A stretch of 64,000 nucleotides of DNA, taken from positions 2,528,001-2,592,000 of the forward strand of contig OY970223.1 of NCBI GenBank assembly GCA_963714015.1. The letters run 5' to 3'. The notes below the pieces were generated by a model. It searched no databases. It saw only the letters and a list, made by a program, of their open reading frames with translations, and was not told the origin of the DNA. This document shows positions 41,972 through 52,286 of the stretch, piece by piece. Positions within the stretch are counted from its first letter, which is position 1, and each line of letters begins with the position of its first letter. Position numbers and translations under genes: made by a program. This stretch comes from Vulcanimicrobiota bacterium. GTDB lineage: Bacteria; Vulcanimicrobiota; Vulcanimicrobiia; Vulcanimicrobiales; Vulcanimicrobiaceae.

Positions 41972-42085
41972 CTTGACCAAGGCCCGGCCCGCGAGATAGG
42001 GCAGCCTCGACCATTATATGGCCTACACGCTGGGCATGGTCCGCCGCTTTCCACTGGCCTGCGCAGGCCCAGCGCTCAAGGGATT

Positions 42086-42573
42086 CTAAGGCCTCAGGTA
42101 CACCCACTCTCCACGTAGGAATTCGGGACGATCGAATAGGCCCGCATAAACTCCAACGTGAAACTCCGCTGCCTAACCAGCAGCAACGCCGAAGCATACA
42201 GTCAGCAGCACCTGTGGCGCGCCGACGATAAGCACTCTCTTGCGCGCGTTCAGGATGCCAATGAGCGTCGCCAACCCTATAGCCGACCAGATGCCGGGCC
42301 ACCACGTCCAATGCAAGTCGATCAAGGCTGGTATCTGAAGGTAGACTGCGATACTGCAGTTCGGCTGTCCCAAGAAATGTCCCAGACGCTATGGATACCG
42401 CAACCGATAAGGAGACTTAAGAACTTCGTCAGGTCAAGCTGCGATGGTTCAACCCATCGTTTGACGAGAGTGGAATTGGGATTGCGCCATGCAGCGATGC
42501 CGAGCAGCATCGCTAAAACGCCAGCTGGCAAAGCCCCCGCTGCCCAAAGCAATAAGCCGACGCTGCAGACCAC
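42086..42573 (-). pseudogene. Disrupted membrane protein gene
   Basis: Hydrophobic fragments in ORFs 42322..42573 and 42173..42373, joined by a frameshift, with an in-frame stop. Confidence 0.35.
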
Positions 42574-42658
42574 CCCGGATCATTATAGAGGCGCAGTCGC
42601 GACCCTTGCTGTTTCTTCGCGCCTTGCGATTGCGGCCTTCATAGTCTCCGATTTGGGG

Positions 42659-42697
42659 GAATACGTACCGGTCGGAATATGTACCCCTTACCAGTAA
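42659..42697 (+). repeat. Junction site copy B
   Basis: GAATACGTAC CGGTCG GAATATGTAC CCC TTACCAGTAA, then TAGCTAGA. Confidence 0.9.
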
Positions 42698-42959
42698 TAG
42701 CTAGATAGTTAGAATGCGTGAGGCACGCATTATAGGACTTACGCATATTCCGCACTCCCTAGAACCAACGAAAAGCCGACGAACTACGCGTCGGCTTTTC
42801 GCATTCGGGACAGCGCTTTCGGATATTTGATTGCGTGAGTCAAGGGCACGCTAGGCCTATCCTTGACCTGGGTGGATGCCGCTGCTCCTAATGCTGGTCG
42901 TTCAACCGGCCGATACGACCCAGAGTCATATTCGGCACTTATTTGTAATGGAGCACACA

Positions 42960-44003
42960 TTGCGCAAACACGTTTTTGGATTGGCCCTTGCGGGGGCGTC
43001 GGCTATGCTGGTGGCCTGCGGCGGCGGATCCACGCCGTCCGCGATCCCCACGGCATCTCCCGCCCCGAAGCAAACGGCTTCTCCAAGCCCTAAGCCGACC
43101 GCTTCGCCGACGCCGACTCCGACGACCGGCCCGAATTCGCAGATGATCTTCGTGGCGGATCGCACCACCAACGCGATCCTCGGATTCGCCGCGAACGCGT
43201 CCGGCAACGCCGCTCCGACCATCGACATCACGAGCTCCGCGTCGGGCTTCGGTCCAGCACTATCGCTCGCGATGAGCGCAAACGGCACGATGTACGAAGC
43301 CGGCGACAGCACCGATTACATCAACGTATTCAATTGGGGCGACAACGGCAACATCTCGCCGGATTCATGGGTGCAGAACAGCAACCCCGTGACGAGCGAG
43401 GGAGTCGCGGTCGATTCGAGTGGAAACATGTACGAATCTTCGTACTCTTTCCCATGCGAAATCGACGAGTACGCCGCCGGCAGCAGCGGCACGATGGCTC
43501 CCACGAACGTTCTCTCGGGAGCGAATACGCAACTGACTTTCCCGACGGACATGGCGTTCGACTCGAGGAATCGACTGTACGTCGGCCAGGGGGGCAGCTC
43601 CATCCTGATCTTCGCGGCGGGCGCGACGGGCAACGTCGCACCGGTTGCGACCATTGCCGGTTCGAACACGACGTTGACGTCGGTAACGGCGATGTCGTTC
43701 GACGCCGCTGGCCGCCTGCTCGTGGCGGATGCCTCGGGCAAGATCCTGGTGTTCGCGGCCGGGGCTACGGGCAACGCAACTCCGGTGCAGACGATCTCGG
43801 GATCGAACACCGGTCTCTCGGCTCCGAGCGGCGTCGCGGAAGACGCCCAGGGCGGAATCTGGGTTTCCGACAACGGTTCCTCGCCGAACACGACGGGACT
43901 GTATCGGTTCTCTAAGAACGCGAACGGCAACGTCGCGCCGATCAGCACGATCAAAGGCGCGGCGACGCTGCTTGTCGACCCGTTCTACGTGCAATTGCAC
44001 TAA
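42960..44003 (+). CDS. Lipoprotein with NHL/beta-propeller-like repeats
   Basis: Lipobox 'LVACGGG', Pro/Thr linker, repeated 'FAAGATGNxAPxxTIxGSNTxL' units. Confidence 0.85.
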   Translation: MRKHVFGLALAGASAMLVACGGGSTPSAIPTASPAPKQTASPSPKPTASPTPTPTTGPNSQMIFVADRTTNAILGFAANASGNAAPTIDITSSASGFGPALSLAMSANGTMYEAGDSTDYINVFNWGDNGNISPDSWVQNSNPVTSEGVAVDSSGNMYESSYSFPCEIDEYAAGSSGTMAPTNVLSGANTQLTFPTDMAFDSRNRLYVGQGGSSILIFAAGATGNVAPVATIAGSNTTLTSVTAMSFDAAGRLLVADASGKILVFAAGATGNATPVQTISGSNTGLSAPSGVAEDAQGGIWVSDNGSSPNTTGLYRFSKNANGNVAPISTIKGAATLLVDPFYVQLH

Positions 44004-44022
44004 GGCGCGACGGTGTAGAAGC

Positions 44023-44057
44023 GAAACGGCCCGGGTTTTCGGACTCGGGCCGTTTTC
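44023..44057 (+). terminator. Intrinsic terminator
   Basis: gaaacggcccggg-ttttcgga-ctcgggccgttttc hairpin right after the lipoprotein stop. Confidence 0.75.
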
Positions 44058-44434
44058 GTTCGTTCGCTGGAATCTGCGCAGGGCTCGCCGCGCGGCGGCG
44101 GTATCGGAAGGGAAACCAATGAACCGTAGATGCCAGGAAAAACAAACGCCTATCGCGGCCGTCAGTATTATACGCTGACGTATAAGAGTATCGCCGGTCA
44201 ACCGTTGCCGGCCGGAATCCGAACCCGGATATGAAGTCCTTTTCCCGTGACGCACGCGCGGAACCCGTTCGAAGCCGGGCGCTCCGAACACAAACGGCAT
44301 TACGGCTAGACTCTTTCCGATGACGCCGGCCTACAGAAGCTCGACCACCAAAAACCATAACAGGACTTAGATGAGCCCTTCGAGTCAAAACCGGACTTAC
44401 GTTCAAAATGTCACCAGGGCCTAGTTGAAATGCT

Positions 44435-44473
44435 GAGTATGTACCGGTTGGAATATGTACCGGTTACGGGTAA
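44435..44473 (+). repeat. Junction site copy C
   Basis: GAGTATGTAC CGGTTG GAATATGTAC CGG TTACGGGTAA, then AAGCTAGA. Confidence 0.88.
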
Positions 44474-44554
44474 AAGCTAGAACCTTCCGGGTAATCCACT
44501 TAAGAGGGCGACGGCGTGAAGGCGCGGCCGCTCTCTTCCCATTTCTTGGTCGGT

Positions 44555-45073
44555 CTACAAACGAAACAGCATCGCAAGGCCAGATGAGAGAACCTTCATC
44601 ATAAACGCCGGTGAATAGCCTTTGTACGAAGGGATGTCGTCCGCGAATACCTTGCCATTCTGCAGAAAGCTGGTGCAGATACGCATCTGTATCGCCGGCG
44701 CATTAGGCCCGAGTCGCTCGCGGTAGATTGGGACCCAATGCCGCGCGTCATCGAAGCGCATCAAGACCGCCGAATTGCAGCAGCAGGCGACGACCCGATT
44801 TGTCTTGGGATTATGCTCGACCTTATAGTCTTTGAGGAGTTCGGAGCCCTTGACGTAGGTCACACGATCCTTCCGGTAAAGGACATATTCCGTGCCGCCG
44901 TCTGCCCGTCGCACGGAAGGCGCATTCGGCAACGCTTCGATGCGGCTCGAACCTTCCTGGCACGTGTCGCAGTAACAAGCGAAACTACCGATCGGCACGC
45001 CCTTAAGCACCAAAGCGACGGACCCGCAAGAACACTCAGCAAATACCGTGTTGTCGGCGGCTTGAAGCGTCAT
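44555..45073 (-). CDS. GFA/CENP-V-like Zn-binding protein
   Basis: 'CSCGSV', 'CYCDTCQ', 'ACCCNS' cysteine pattern. Confidence 0.75.
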   Translation of the reverse strand: MTLQAADNTVFAECSCGSVALVLKGVPIGSFACYCDTCQEGSSRIEALPNAPSVRRADGGTEYVLYRKDRVTYVKGSELLKDYKVEHNPKTNRVVACCCNSAVLMRFDDARHWVPIYRERLGPNAPAIQMRICTSFLQNGKVFADDIPSYKGYSPAFMMKVLSSGLAMLFRL

Positions 45074-45140
45074 GGGTGTTCGTGTGCCGTGAGGGAGAAA
45101 TTATCCCTCTTTGCGTCCAAGTGTCAACCACCTGACACAT

Positions 45141-45179
45141 GAATACGCCCACGTTGGAATAGGTGCACCTTACCAGTAA
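45141..45179 (+). repeat. Junction site copy D (degenerate)
   Basis: GAATACGCCC ACGTTG GAATAGGTGC ACC TTACCAGTAA, followed directly by a copy of the island left-end motif. Confidence 0.8.
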
Positions 45180-45478
45180 AGCCCCGGATTTTCATCAGAT
45201 GTTACAATTCACCGTCTGATGATCGTGCTCAGAAACGCGTGATTGAAGGGGTTGTCGGCAATACACCGTCAGCCTCTTCTTCTTTTGCCGCCTGCATTTG
45301 AAAGGGCACGTAATGCCGGCCGAACTTTTAACCGCCACGCCGCGCCGCCACGTGCATTCACCGAAACTGACTTATGTCAGCCATCCCCGACATTACGCGT
45401 CATCTTCTTGCGGTCGTGCTCCAAATGCCGGCGCGGAACGTTTTTACCAACGCGAACTGAATTAACTTCGATGGGCCG

Positions 45479-45952
45479 TCAAAGTGGCGCCATGCAGCAC
45501 ATTGAACTAATGCTGCCACCGGCCCAATCGTACCGAACGTAAACACAAGAACCCGCGCGTTCCCCGTGATGAGCGGAAAATATGCTTTGCCAATCTCCAC
45601 CGTAGCCGCCCTCAACTTGTCCCACGCTAATGGGCGCACTCAGGAGAATCCCTACCGACCGCCCACGAACCCATTCGACCCTAAGGGGCGCTGGAAGGAC
45701 GGGGAACGCCAACAACGCCGAACCGGATCGAACGTTGCTGATATGAGTTCGTTTCAGCGCAAACAAAAGTTCCTTAGCTTCCGTGTCCTGAAGTTGTTTG
45801 GAATCGAAAAGAGGCAATAATACTTCACACGGGGCGAGAGTGACATAGGCAAGAGCAGCACATATAACTACGAGAGCAACCGTCCCCGCTACGATAACAG
45901 GGCGCAAGTTCACCAAACGTTCCGAACTTTCGTTTCTATAAACATGACTCAA
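45479..45952 (-). CDS. Hypothetical membrane-anchored protein
   Basis: 157 aa with an N-terminal hydrophobic helix. Confidence 0.45.
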   Translation of the reverse strand: MSHVYRNESSERLVNLRPVIVAGTVALVVICAALAYVTLAPCEVLLPLFDSKQLQDTEAKELLFALKRTHISNVRSGSALLAFPVLPAPLRVEWVRGRSVGILLSAPISVGQVEGGYGGDWQSIFSAHHGERAGSCVYVRYDWAGGSISSMCCMAPL

Positions 45953-46037
45953 ATAGAACTACCATCTTCAAATTCCAAAGCGTTTAGACCGGCAACAGGT
46001 CCATCAATGAACGTGTGAGCTGAGCTCATTTACGTAT

Positions 46038-46276
46038 CCGATGATTCCGCGCGGACGATTGATCGGCGCGCTTTGCTGGGGCCGAAGCACTCGCAAGAGT
46101 CTTACGCGCCCGACGAGTCCGATGCAATAGAGGATCTGGCGGACCATGTGGCCGGCGTGCTCGATGTATTGGGCCGCCCGGCTTCAGGCGACGGCGCCGT
46201 TTTAACCGAATTGAAATCATGCACCGCGCGTTGGCTGATCTTTTCATCGCTCCGATCCGAAATCAAACGCAGTTAG
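46038..46276 (+). pseudogene. Remnant of a GAF-like C-terminal domain
   Basis: 'PMIPRGRLIGAL/LGPKHSQESYAPDESDAIEDLA' with no upstream gene body. Confidence 0.35.
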
Positions 46277-46392
46277 ACTGAGCGGCTTTTGGTGAGAATT
46301 CGCGGCGAGCATAGGGATGCCGCACCTGTAAAGGCCCCGGAATTTTTAAACGGTAGGCGAATGCGGGGCCTTGTTCTTGCATCACGGTTGGC

Positions 46393-46845
46393 TTACAAGC
46401 AGTTAAGGTTCGGGACGGACATTGCATCTGACGAACTCTTGTGCGGGTCGAAACTATATGACATGAAGCGCAGCTTGACTAGCGGCCGCTCAGAAGTGTA
46501 GGCCTCATCCGAGTGACCCGCGACCAGAACACCACGCAAAGTGATGTCCCATCCGCTGCCGGAATTGTCAACAATCATCGCTTTCAAAATCCGCTTGCGC
46601 TGCGACGCCAACCTTTGAAACGTTCTCAAATCTACACGCTTGGTTAAGCCAATAAACAACACGGTCGGAGAATCGCCTTTTCCCCAAAAATTCATCTTGT
46701 TCCCGGTCACGGTGAATAGGTCGACAGCTCCGGTTTCCTTGGAGCAAAATACGGCGCCGGCGACCGGGGCCGGAAAACTCGCGACACAAACGAGGGTCGA
46801 CACGATGATGAGCAGTGATAAAATGCTTTGTCGCAACGAAATCAC
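46393..46845 (-). CDS. Secreted hypothetical protein
   Basis: 150 aa with a signal peptide. Confidence 0.5.
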   Translation of the reverse strand: MISLRQSILSLLIIVSTLVCVASFPAPVAGAVFCSKETGAVDLFTVTGNKMNFWGKGDSPTVLFIGLTKRVDLRTFQRLASQRKRILKAMIVDNSGSGWDITLRGVLVAGHSDEAYTSERPLVKLRFMSYSFDPHKSSSDAMSVPNLNCL

Positions 46846-47443
46846 CCGTCTCCAACCGTCGGCTAACTCCCGAACAAATACGAACGTCGGCTTCTTACCC
46901 TAACCCAACATGGCACCCTCCTTTCCAGGGACGCTCGGATTATGCCCTACGGTGGCGCGGCGTGATTCAAGTACAAAAACTATGATACGCCGTTGTTCCG
47001 ACGCAATTGAAAAGGCCATCGTCCATAAGCAATGACGATAGTGAGGAGCCCGATTGCGTTCTTGTCTGCAAAGTGACGGTACAACGCCATGGGGGTCAGT
47101 TGGCCGTCTTTCGTGGGCTCGCGCATCAAGCGCGACGGTATCGCAACGTTCAAACCACCGCTTCGCAGCGCGAAGGATCCGCTGCTTCGTGCTCAGCCTG
47201 GGGATTAGTATACGGCGTATACATGGGCCTGAATTTGCAAGGCCCTCACCCCAGGCGCCGGCATGTCGTTTGCGGCGCCGACATTTGGGTCCGGGCAAGA
47301 AGAAATCGATCAGGGGTAAAATACGAGAAAAGGCAACATTGTAATGCGGCCAACGACCGGTCACGATGCGGCGTCCGAAATCGGGCCGCTCGACGGCTTT
47401 CAACTAATTTCAGGGGAGTAGTGATATCAGTAGACGCAAATCG

Positions 47444-47815
47444 ATGTTCTTCGCAATCCTATGCTGTGCTCAGTTTCCAGGGTGCAATCAGTCAACGCCT
47501 AATGCGGCTGGATTTATTCCGCTGGCGGCTCCGGTTCTTTCATGGACAGCCCCGTGGGTGCAAGGACCGCAAACCGGAACCATCGCATTCCAGTCGATCG
47601 GCCAGAACGTGACACTGTCGGCGAGCGCCGCTCAGCCCGGCGGTTCAATGCCGCCTTACACATTCACACCCGGAAACTGCGTGACGATGTCCAACCAGTC
47701 AACCAGTGGTAATACGCAAAATGTCACGCTTACCGCCGCCAGCGGGGGGTCCTGCAGTGTGTCGGTTAAGGGCACTCTCAGCTCGTCAACCTCCATACAG
47801 GTGACGGTACCCTGA
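47444..47815 (+). CDS. Small secreted protein or lipoprotein, Ig-like
   Basis: Ser/Thr/Gly-rich beta-strand pattern with a Cys pair; resembles 62614..63114. Confidence 0.5.
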   Translation: MFFAILCCAQFPGCNQSTPNAAGFIPLAAPVLSWTAPWVQGPQTGTIAFQSIGQNVTLSASAAQPGGSMPPYTFTPGNCVTMSNQSTSGNTQNVTLTAASGGSCSVSVKGTLSSSTSIQVTVP

Positions 47816-48003
47816 TAGACATGAAAGATGATGTCGCCGGAAATGCCGCAAAACGTTTGCGGGAAGCAATCTGCTCGCGGACCGGCGCGGGCCTCAGCTC
47901 GCGCTTAATCAGCGGCTCGGCTTGCCAAGCGCCCCGGCTCAAAAAGGAAAGTCTGCGCACAGCCAGGGCGGACGGCACGCGGCAATCAGCGAACGGGCGG
48001 GAC

Positions 48004-50811
48004 ATGACCGTGCCGCTGGAACCGGCAGCCTCAGCGTCCGGCTTTCTGCCGTCCGGGACGGTCACTTTTCTGTTTTCAGACATTGAAGGGAGCACGCAGC
48101 GCTGGGAGCGGGACCGCGAAGCAATGCGAGACGCGCTGCAACGGCACGACGCTCTGCTGCGTGCGAGGATCGAAGCGCACGGCGGCCGAGTCTTTAAAAC
48201 TGTCGGTGATGCGTTTTGCGCCGTGTTCGCGCGCGCGGAAGACGCGATCGCCGGGGCGCTGGAGGTGCAACGCGCGCTAGCGGCAGCGGACTTCTCGGCG
48301 GCCGGCGGCGTGCGCGTGCGCATGGCGCTGCACACCGGCACCGCCGACGAACGCGATGGTGATTACTTCGGCCGCACCGTCAACCGCATCGCTCGACTAT
48401 TGGCGATCGGCCACGGCGGACAGGTCCTTATTTCCGGCGCAACAGCCGAACTCGCGCGGGGCGACATGCCGACCGAAGCGACACTCCATGACCTCGGCGC
48501 GCATCGACTCAAAGATCTCGCGCGGCCGGAACGAGTCTACCAACTCGTCGCGCCCGATCTGCTGCGCGACTTCCCGCCGCTGCGCTCGCTTGACGTTCTC
48601 CCCAACAATCTGCCGCCGCAACTGACCTCCTTCGTCGGGCGCGCAACCGAGGTTGCCGAGATCGGCGCGCTGATCGCACCGCGGCGCGTCGTTACGATCG
48701 TCGGATCGGGCGGCGTCGGAAAGACGCGCACATCGCTGGAGGTCGGCGCGAACCTGCTTGACGGCTCCAACGACGGCGTCTGGTTCGTTGAGCTCGCGCC
48801 TATCGCCGATCCGGCCCTCGTGCCGATCACGATCGCGGGTGCGCTGGGCCTGATCTTACCGGCCGAAGGCGACCCGCTCGACGCACTCGTAAAGTTGCTG
48901 CGGCCGAAGCACTGCCTGTTAATCCTCGACAACTGCGAGCACCTCGTCGAGGCCGCCGCCGCCGCCGCGTCGGCGATCGTGCGCGGTTGCCCCGGCGTGG
49001 CGATCCTGGCTTCGAGTCGTCAGCGCCTTGGCATCGAAGGTGAGCGGACGTACCGAATGCCGTCGCTCGCGCTTCCAAGCGAAGCCGAGGCCGAGCGACT
49101 GACGGCAGCCGGCGCGAGCGCTTACGGCGCAATTGCACTGTTTATCGAACGCGCCGGCATGGCCGACAAGCACTTCTTATTGAGCGACGAGTCCGCACCG
49201 ATCGTCGCCGACATCTGCCGCCGGCTCGACGGAGTTGCGCTCGCGATCGAGCTGGCCGCTGCGCGCGTCGCGATCCTGCGTCCGCGCGAGTTGCGGACGC
49301 GGCTCGATCAGCGTTTCCGCGTGCTGACCGGCGGCCGGCGCGACGCGCTTCCGCGTCAGCAAACGCTCCATGCACTCATCGACTGGAGCTTCGATTTGCT
49401 CGACGAACGCGAACGCCGGCTTTTCCGCCGCCTCGGCATCTTCGTCAATGGCTTTACACTCGAAGCCGCCGCCGTCACGGCGGTGGACGACGTCGGCGAT
49501 GAAACCGGGAGCGACGAGCGCCTAGACGAATTCACCGTCTTCGACGTGCTCGCGTCACTCGTCGACAAGTCGCTCGTCGTCGCTGAACCTGAAGGTGAGA
49601 CGACGCGCTACCGGCTGCTGGAATCGATGCGCGCCTACGCGCGGGAGAAGCTTGACGCCGCCTGCGAGCGGGAACGCCTCGCCGAATGCCATCTGCGTTA
49701 CTTGCGCGACGTGTTCGTGCGCGTGGGCGAAGCATTCGAGCAGATGCCTCGCGATAATGACGTTCTGGCGCTGGCGGTCGAACTCGACGATGCGCGCGCG
49801 GCGCTCGAGTGGGCGGCGCAGAGCGGTCGGGCTACACTTGGCGGTGAGCTCTACGTTGCGACCCTGTTATGGGACCGGCTCGGCCTCCAACGGGAAGCCT
49901 TCGCGATCGCCGAGCGGTACGTGCCACTGCTCGAGCGCGCCGATACTGCTTTGCGCAGTCGCGCCTTTACCCAGTTGTCGTACGCGGCCTTGGCCCTCCT
50001 CCGACTGGCGGAGACGGAGGCTGCGAGCGAACGAGCCGTCTCGCTCGCACGCGAATCGGGCGATCCGCTGACCTTGTCATGGGCGCTCATTCAGCGATCG
50101 AACATCTCCATATGGCACGATCGCTACGCAGAGGCGAGTGCCGAGTTATCGGAAGCGGAAACCGTCGCTCCACTGACGGCGCGCATGCGATTGATGATGG
50201 TCATACAGCAATCCTGGCTGGCCAGGTTGAAAGGAGATTTCGCCGAAGCCGCGCGTTTGCTGGAACGCTACCGTGCGATGGATCGGGCGTTCGGAAACGC
50301 GTCGACCGCCACGCTGCTGCAGTTGGCGGAGCTCGAGCACCAACGCGGCAACACGGAAGACGCCATTGCGCACATTCGTGAGGCGCTAGTCTCCGCCGCT
50401 CCGGGCAAACTCGATCGTCTGTTGCCGTACCTGTACGGAAACTTGCCGGCCTATTTGTTGGCGATCGATGACCTGAGCGGTGCGTGTATAGCGGGACGCA
50501 ATGCGCTCAACTTGCTCCGTAAGACCGATCCCGACGGTATCATTGCGGCGATTGTGATCGAACACGTATCGCTCGCCGCCGCCCTGGCCGGCGATCTCCA
50601 CGCCGCCGCCCGCCTCGAGGGCTATGCCGATGCAAACTTCCGCGCCGCCGGCTATGCCCGCGACTTCACGGAAAGGACCTCGTACGACCGACTACGCGCC
50701 CTGCTGCGCGAACGGCTTACCACTTCCACCCTCGAAGAACTCCTCGCCGAAGGGGCCGGATGGGACGCCGACACCGCTATCACCCAAGCGCTCGAAGCAA
50801 TTGCCGCCTGA
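48004..50811 (+). CDS. Adenylate/guanylate cyclase + STAND ATPase + TPR protein
   Basis: 'FLFSDIEGST' and 'KTVGDAF' (class III cyclase); 'GSGGVGKT', 'LILDNCEH', 'LDGVALAIELAA'. Confidence 0.9.
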   Translation: MTVPLEPAASASGFLPSGTVTFLFSDIEGSTQRWERDREAMRDALQRHDALLRARIEAHGGRVFKTVGDAFCAVFARAEDAIAGALEVQRALAAADFSAAGGVRVRMALHTGTADERDGDYFGRTVNRIARLLAIGHGGQVLISGATAELARGDMPTEATLHDLGAHRLKDLARPERVYQLVAPDLLRDFPPLRSLDVLPNNLPPQLTSFVGRATEVAEIGALIAPRRVVTIVGSGGVGKTRTSLEVGANLLDGSNDGVWFVELAPIADPALVPITIAGALGLILPAEGDPLDALVKLLRPKHCLLILDNCEHLVEAAAAAASAIVRGCPGVAILASSRQRLGIEGERTYRMPSLALPSEAEAERLTAAGASAYGAIALFIERAGMADKHFLLSDESAPIVADICRRLDGVALAIELAAARVAILRPRELRTRLDQRFRVLTGGRRDALPRQQTLHALIDWSFDLLDERERRLFRRLGIFVNGFTLEAAAVTAVDDVGDETGSDERLDEFTVFDVLASLVDKSLVVAEPEGETTRYRLLESMRAYAREKLDAACERERLAECHLRYLRDVFVRVGEAFEQMPRDNDVLALAVELDDARAALEWAAQSGRATLGGELYVATLLWDRLGLQREAFAIAERYVPLLERADTALRSRAFTQLSYAALALLRLAETEAASERAVSLARESGDPLTLSWALIQRSNISIWHDRYAEASAELSEAETVAPLTARMRLMMVIQQSWLARLKGDFAEAARLLERYRAMDRAFGNASTATLLQLAELEHQRGNTEDAIAHIREALVSAAPGKLDRLLPYLYGNLPAYLLAIDDLSGACIAGRNALNLLRKTDPDGIIAAIVIEHVSLAAALAGDLHAAARLEGYADANFRAAGYARDFTERTSYDRLRALLRERLTTSTLEELLAEGAGWDADTAITQALEAIAA

Positions 50812-50851
50812 ATTCGACGCGGTCGCTGCCCGACGCCGGCCGGTAGGACGA

Positions 50852-52223
50852 ATGTCGCGCGTTCCAAGTCTTATTGCCGCTGCACTAATCGCATTTCTGC
50901 CTTCATCCACATTCGCGAAGACGAATACACCCGCATCTCCTGATGAGATTCGGCGATCGCTGGACGCATACGTTAAGGGCCACCCCAAAGCGCTGATGGC
51001 GCTCGCCATGATTAGCGGAGGCAAGACGCAGACCTATTTGGTACGCGGCGCCCAGGAAGATTCGGTCCCACTCGACGATCGCACGCTCTTTGAGATTGGC
51101 TCGGTCACGAAGACGTTCACCGCGAGCCTGCTCGCGGAAATGGTCCAAAGCGGCGCGGTTGGGCTGAATGATCCCATACAAAAGTATCTTCCGGCGGGCA
51201 TCACTGCGCCGACGTTCAACGGGATCCCAATTACGCTTGCATCGCTTGCAGAACATCGGTCCGGCTTGCCGGCGGATCCGCCGAACTCGCCGTCAAAAAA
51301 CCCGTCCAACCCGTACGCCGGTTACACGACTGCCATGTTGTACGGTGTCCTCGATCATTACAAACTGATGCGAGCGCCTGGAGCACAGTACGAATACTCG
51401 AACTTCGGTTTCGCACTGTTAGGCCGGCTTCTCGCCAATCGTGCGCATAAGCCGTACGCTGCGCTTATCGAGCGTCGCATCCTTCAGCCGCTTGGAATGA
51501 AAGACACCGTTGTCATCCCTTCAACTGTCTCGAAACGGCGTCTCGCACCGGCTTTCACCTATGACGGTCAGCCACAGGGTCCGTGGGACCTGGGCGCTCT
51601 AAGCCCCGCTGGGTCGATTGAATCCGACTTGCATGACATGCTCGTGTATTTGCGGGCGAACATGAATCCGCCGCCGGGACCTTTGGGCCGTGCGTTGGTC
51701 TTCGCGCAGCAACCGCGCGTACCCGAGGACAACGAAGATTTAATGGGATTGGCATGGGAAACGTCTCTCCAACACGGTTTCCTCGATAAAGCGGGCGGCA
51801 CGGGCGGATACAGCGCCTGGATTATCTTCGATCGTCGCGCGCGTTACGGGATGGTCTTTCTGGCGAACGCTCCGAATAACGGTGATCTCAGTCAACTCGC
51901 TGCGCATATCATCATGCCGGCCAGCGAAGGGCCGCCGACCGAGTGGGCACTCGTCAAGAGAGAATCGTCTCCGTATAGCGGCAGGCTATCCCATCGCATC
52001 GAACGGCCCGCACTTCGCGCTCTCTATTTTTAAATATATGGGCCGGCTCTACGTTGAGACTCCCCAGTCCTCGCCCGAACACCTCGTCGAACTCAAGGAA
52101 AACCGCTATTCTTGGGACGCCATACATGCGATCATCACGTTCAACCGCGATGCGCACAGCAAGATTACCGGCCTCACTGTGCTGCAGAACGGCCAGATTA
52201 CACGCGCTAAAAAGCAGCCCTAG
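50852..52223 (+). CDS. Secreted serine hydrolase, beta-lactamase family (frameshift near 51987)
   Basis: 'GSVTK', 'YSN', 'KAGG'; C-terminus in ORF 51882..52223 parallels the next gene. Confidence 0.88.
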
Positions 52224-52286
52224 GCTAGCGTCGGGAACCGTATATGTGTTGAAAGTCGACTTTGGGGTCTATCAGAGGGGAGATAA

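Larger units (their letters stand above)
28770..45292. mobile_element. Genomic island or tandem integrative element array at the nrdJ 3' end (right boundary uncertain, perhaps about 47.4 kb)
   Basis: Recombinase module directly after the nrdJ stop; visibly more AT-rich; defence-like cargo; repeated junction sites; left-end sequence 28770-28870 recurs at 45180-45280. Confidence 0.8.

Noticed and set aside
39091..45179. Junction motif as a CRISPR repeat or canonical integron attC
   Set aside because: Copies are 0.7-3.6 kb apart with whole genes between them, and they lack the RYYYAAC/GTTRRRY ends of attC.
46875..46903. Possible fifth, terminal junction site (aaatacgaacgtcggcttcttaccctaa)
   Set aside because: Only scattered matches; the 16-bp repeat spacing and the TTAC/GTAA palindrome are not preserved.
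46900..47403. ORFs in the 46.9-47.4 kb interval
   Set aside because: No recognisable motifs or convincing start signals; left unannotated.
28763..47406. 9-mer TAGTTGAAA at the nrdJ end (28763), before site C (44422) and inverted at 47398 as an att core or right boundary
   Set aside because: Too short to separate from chance, and the orientation is inconsistent.
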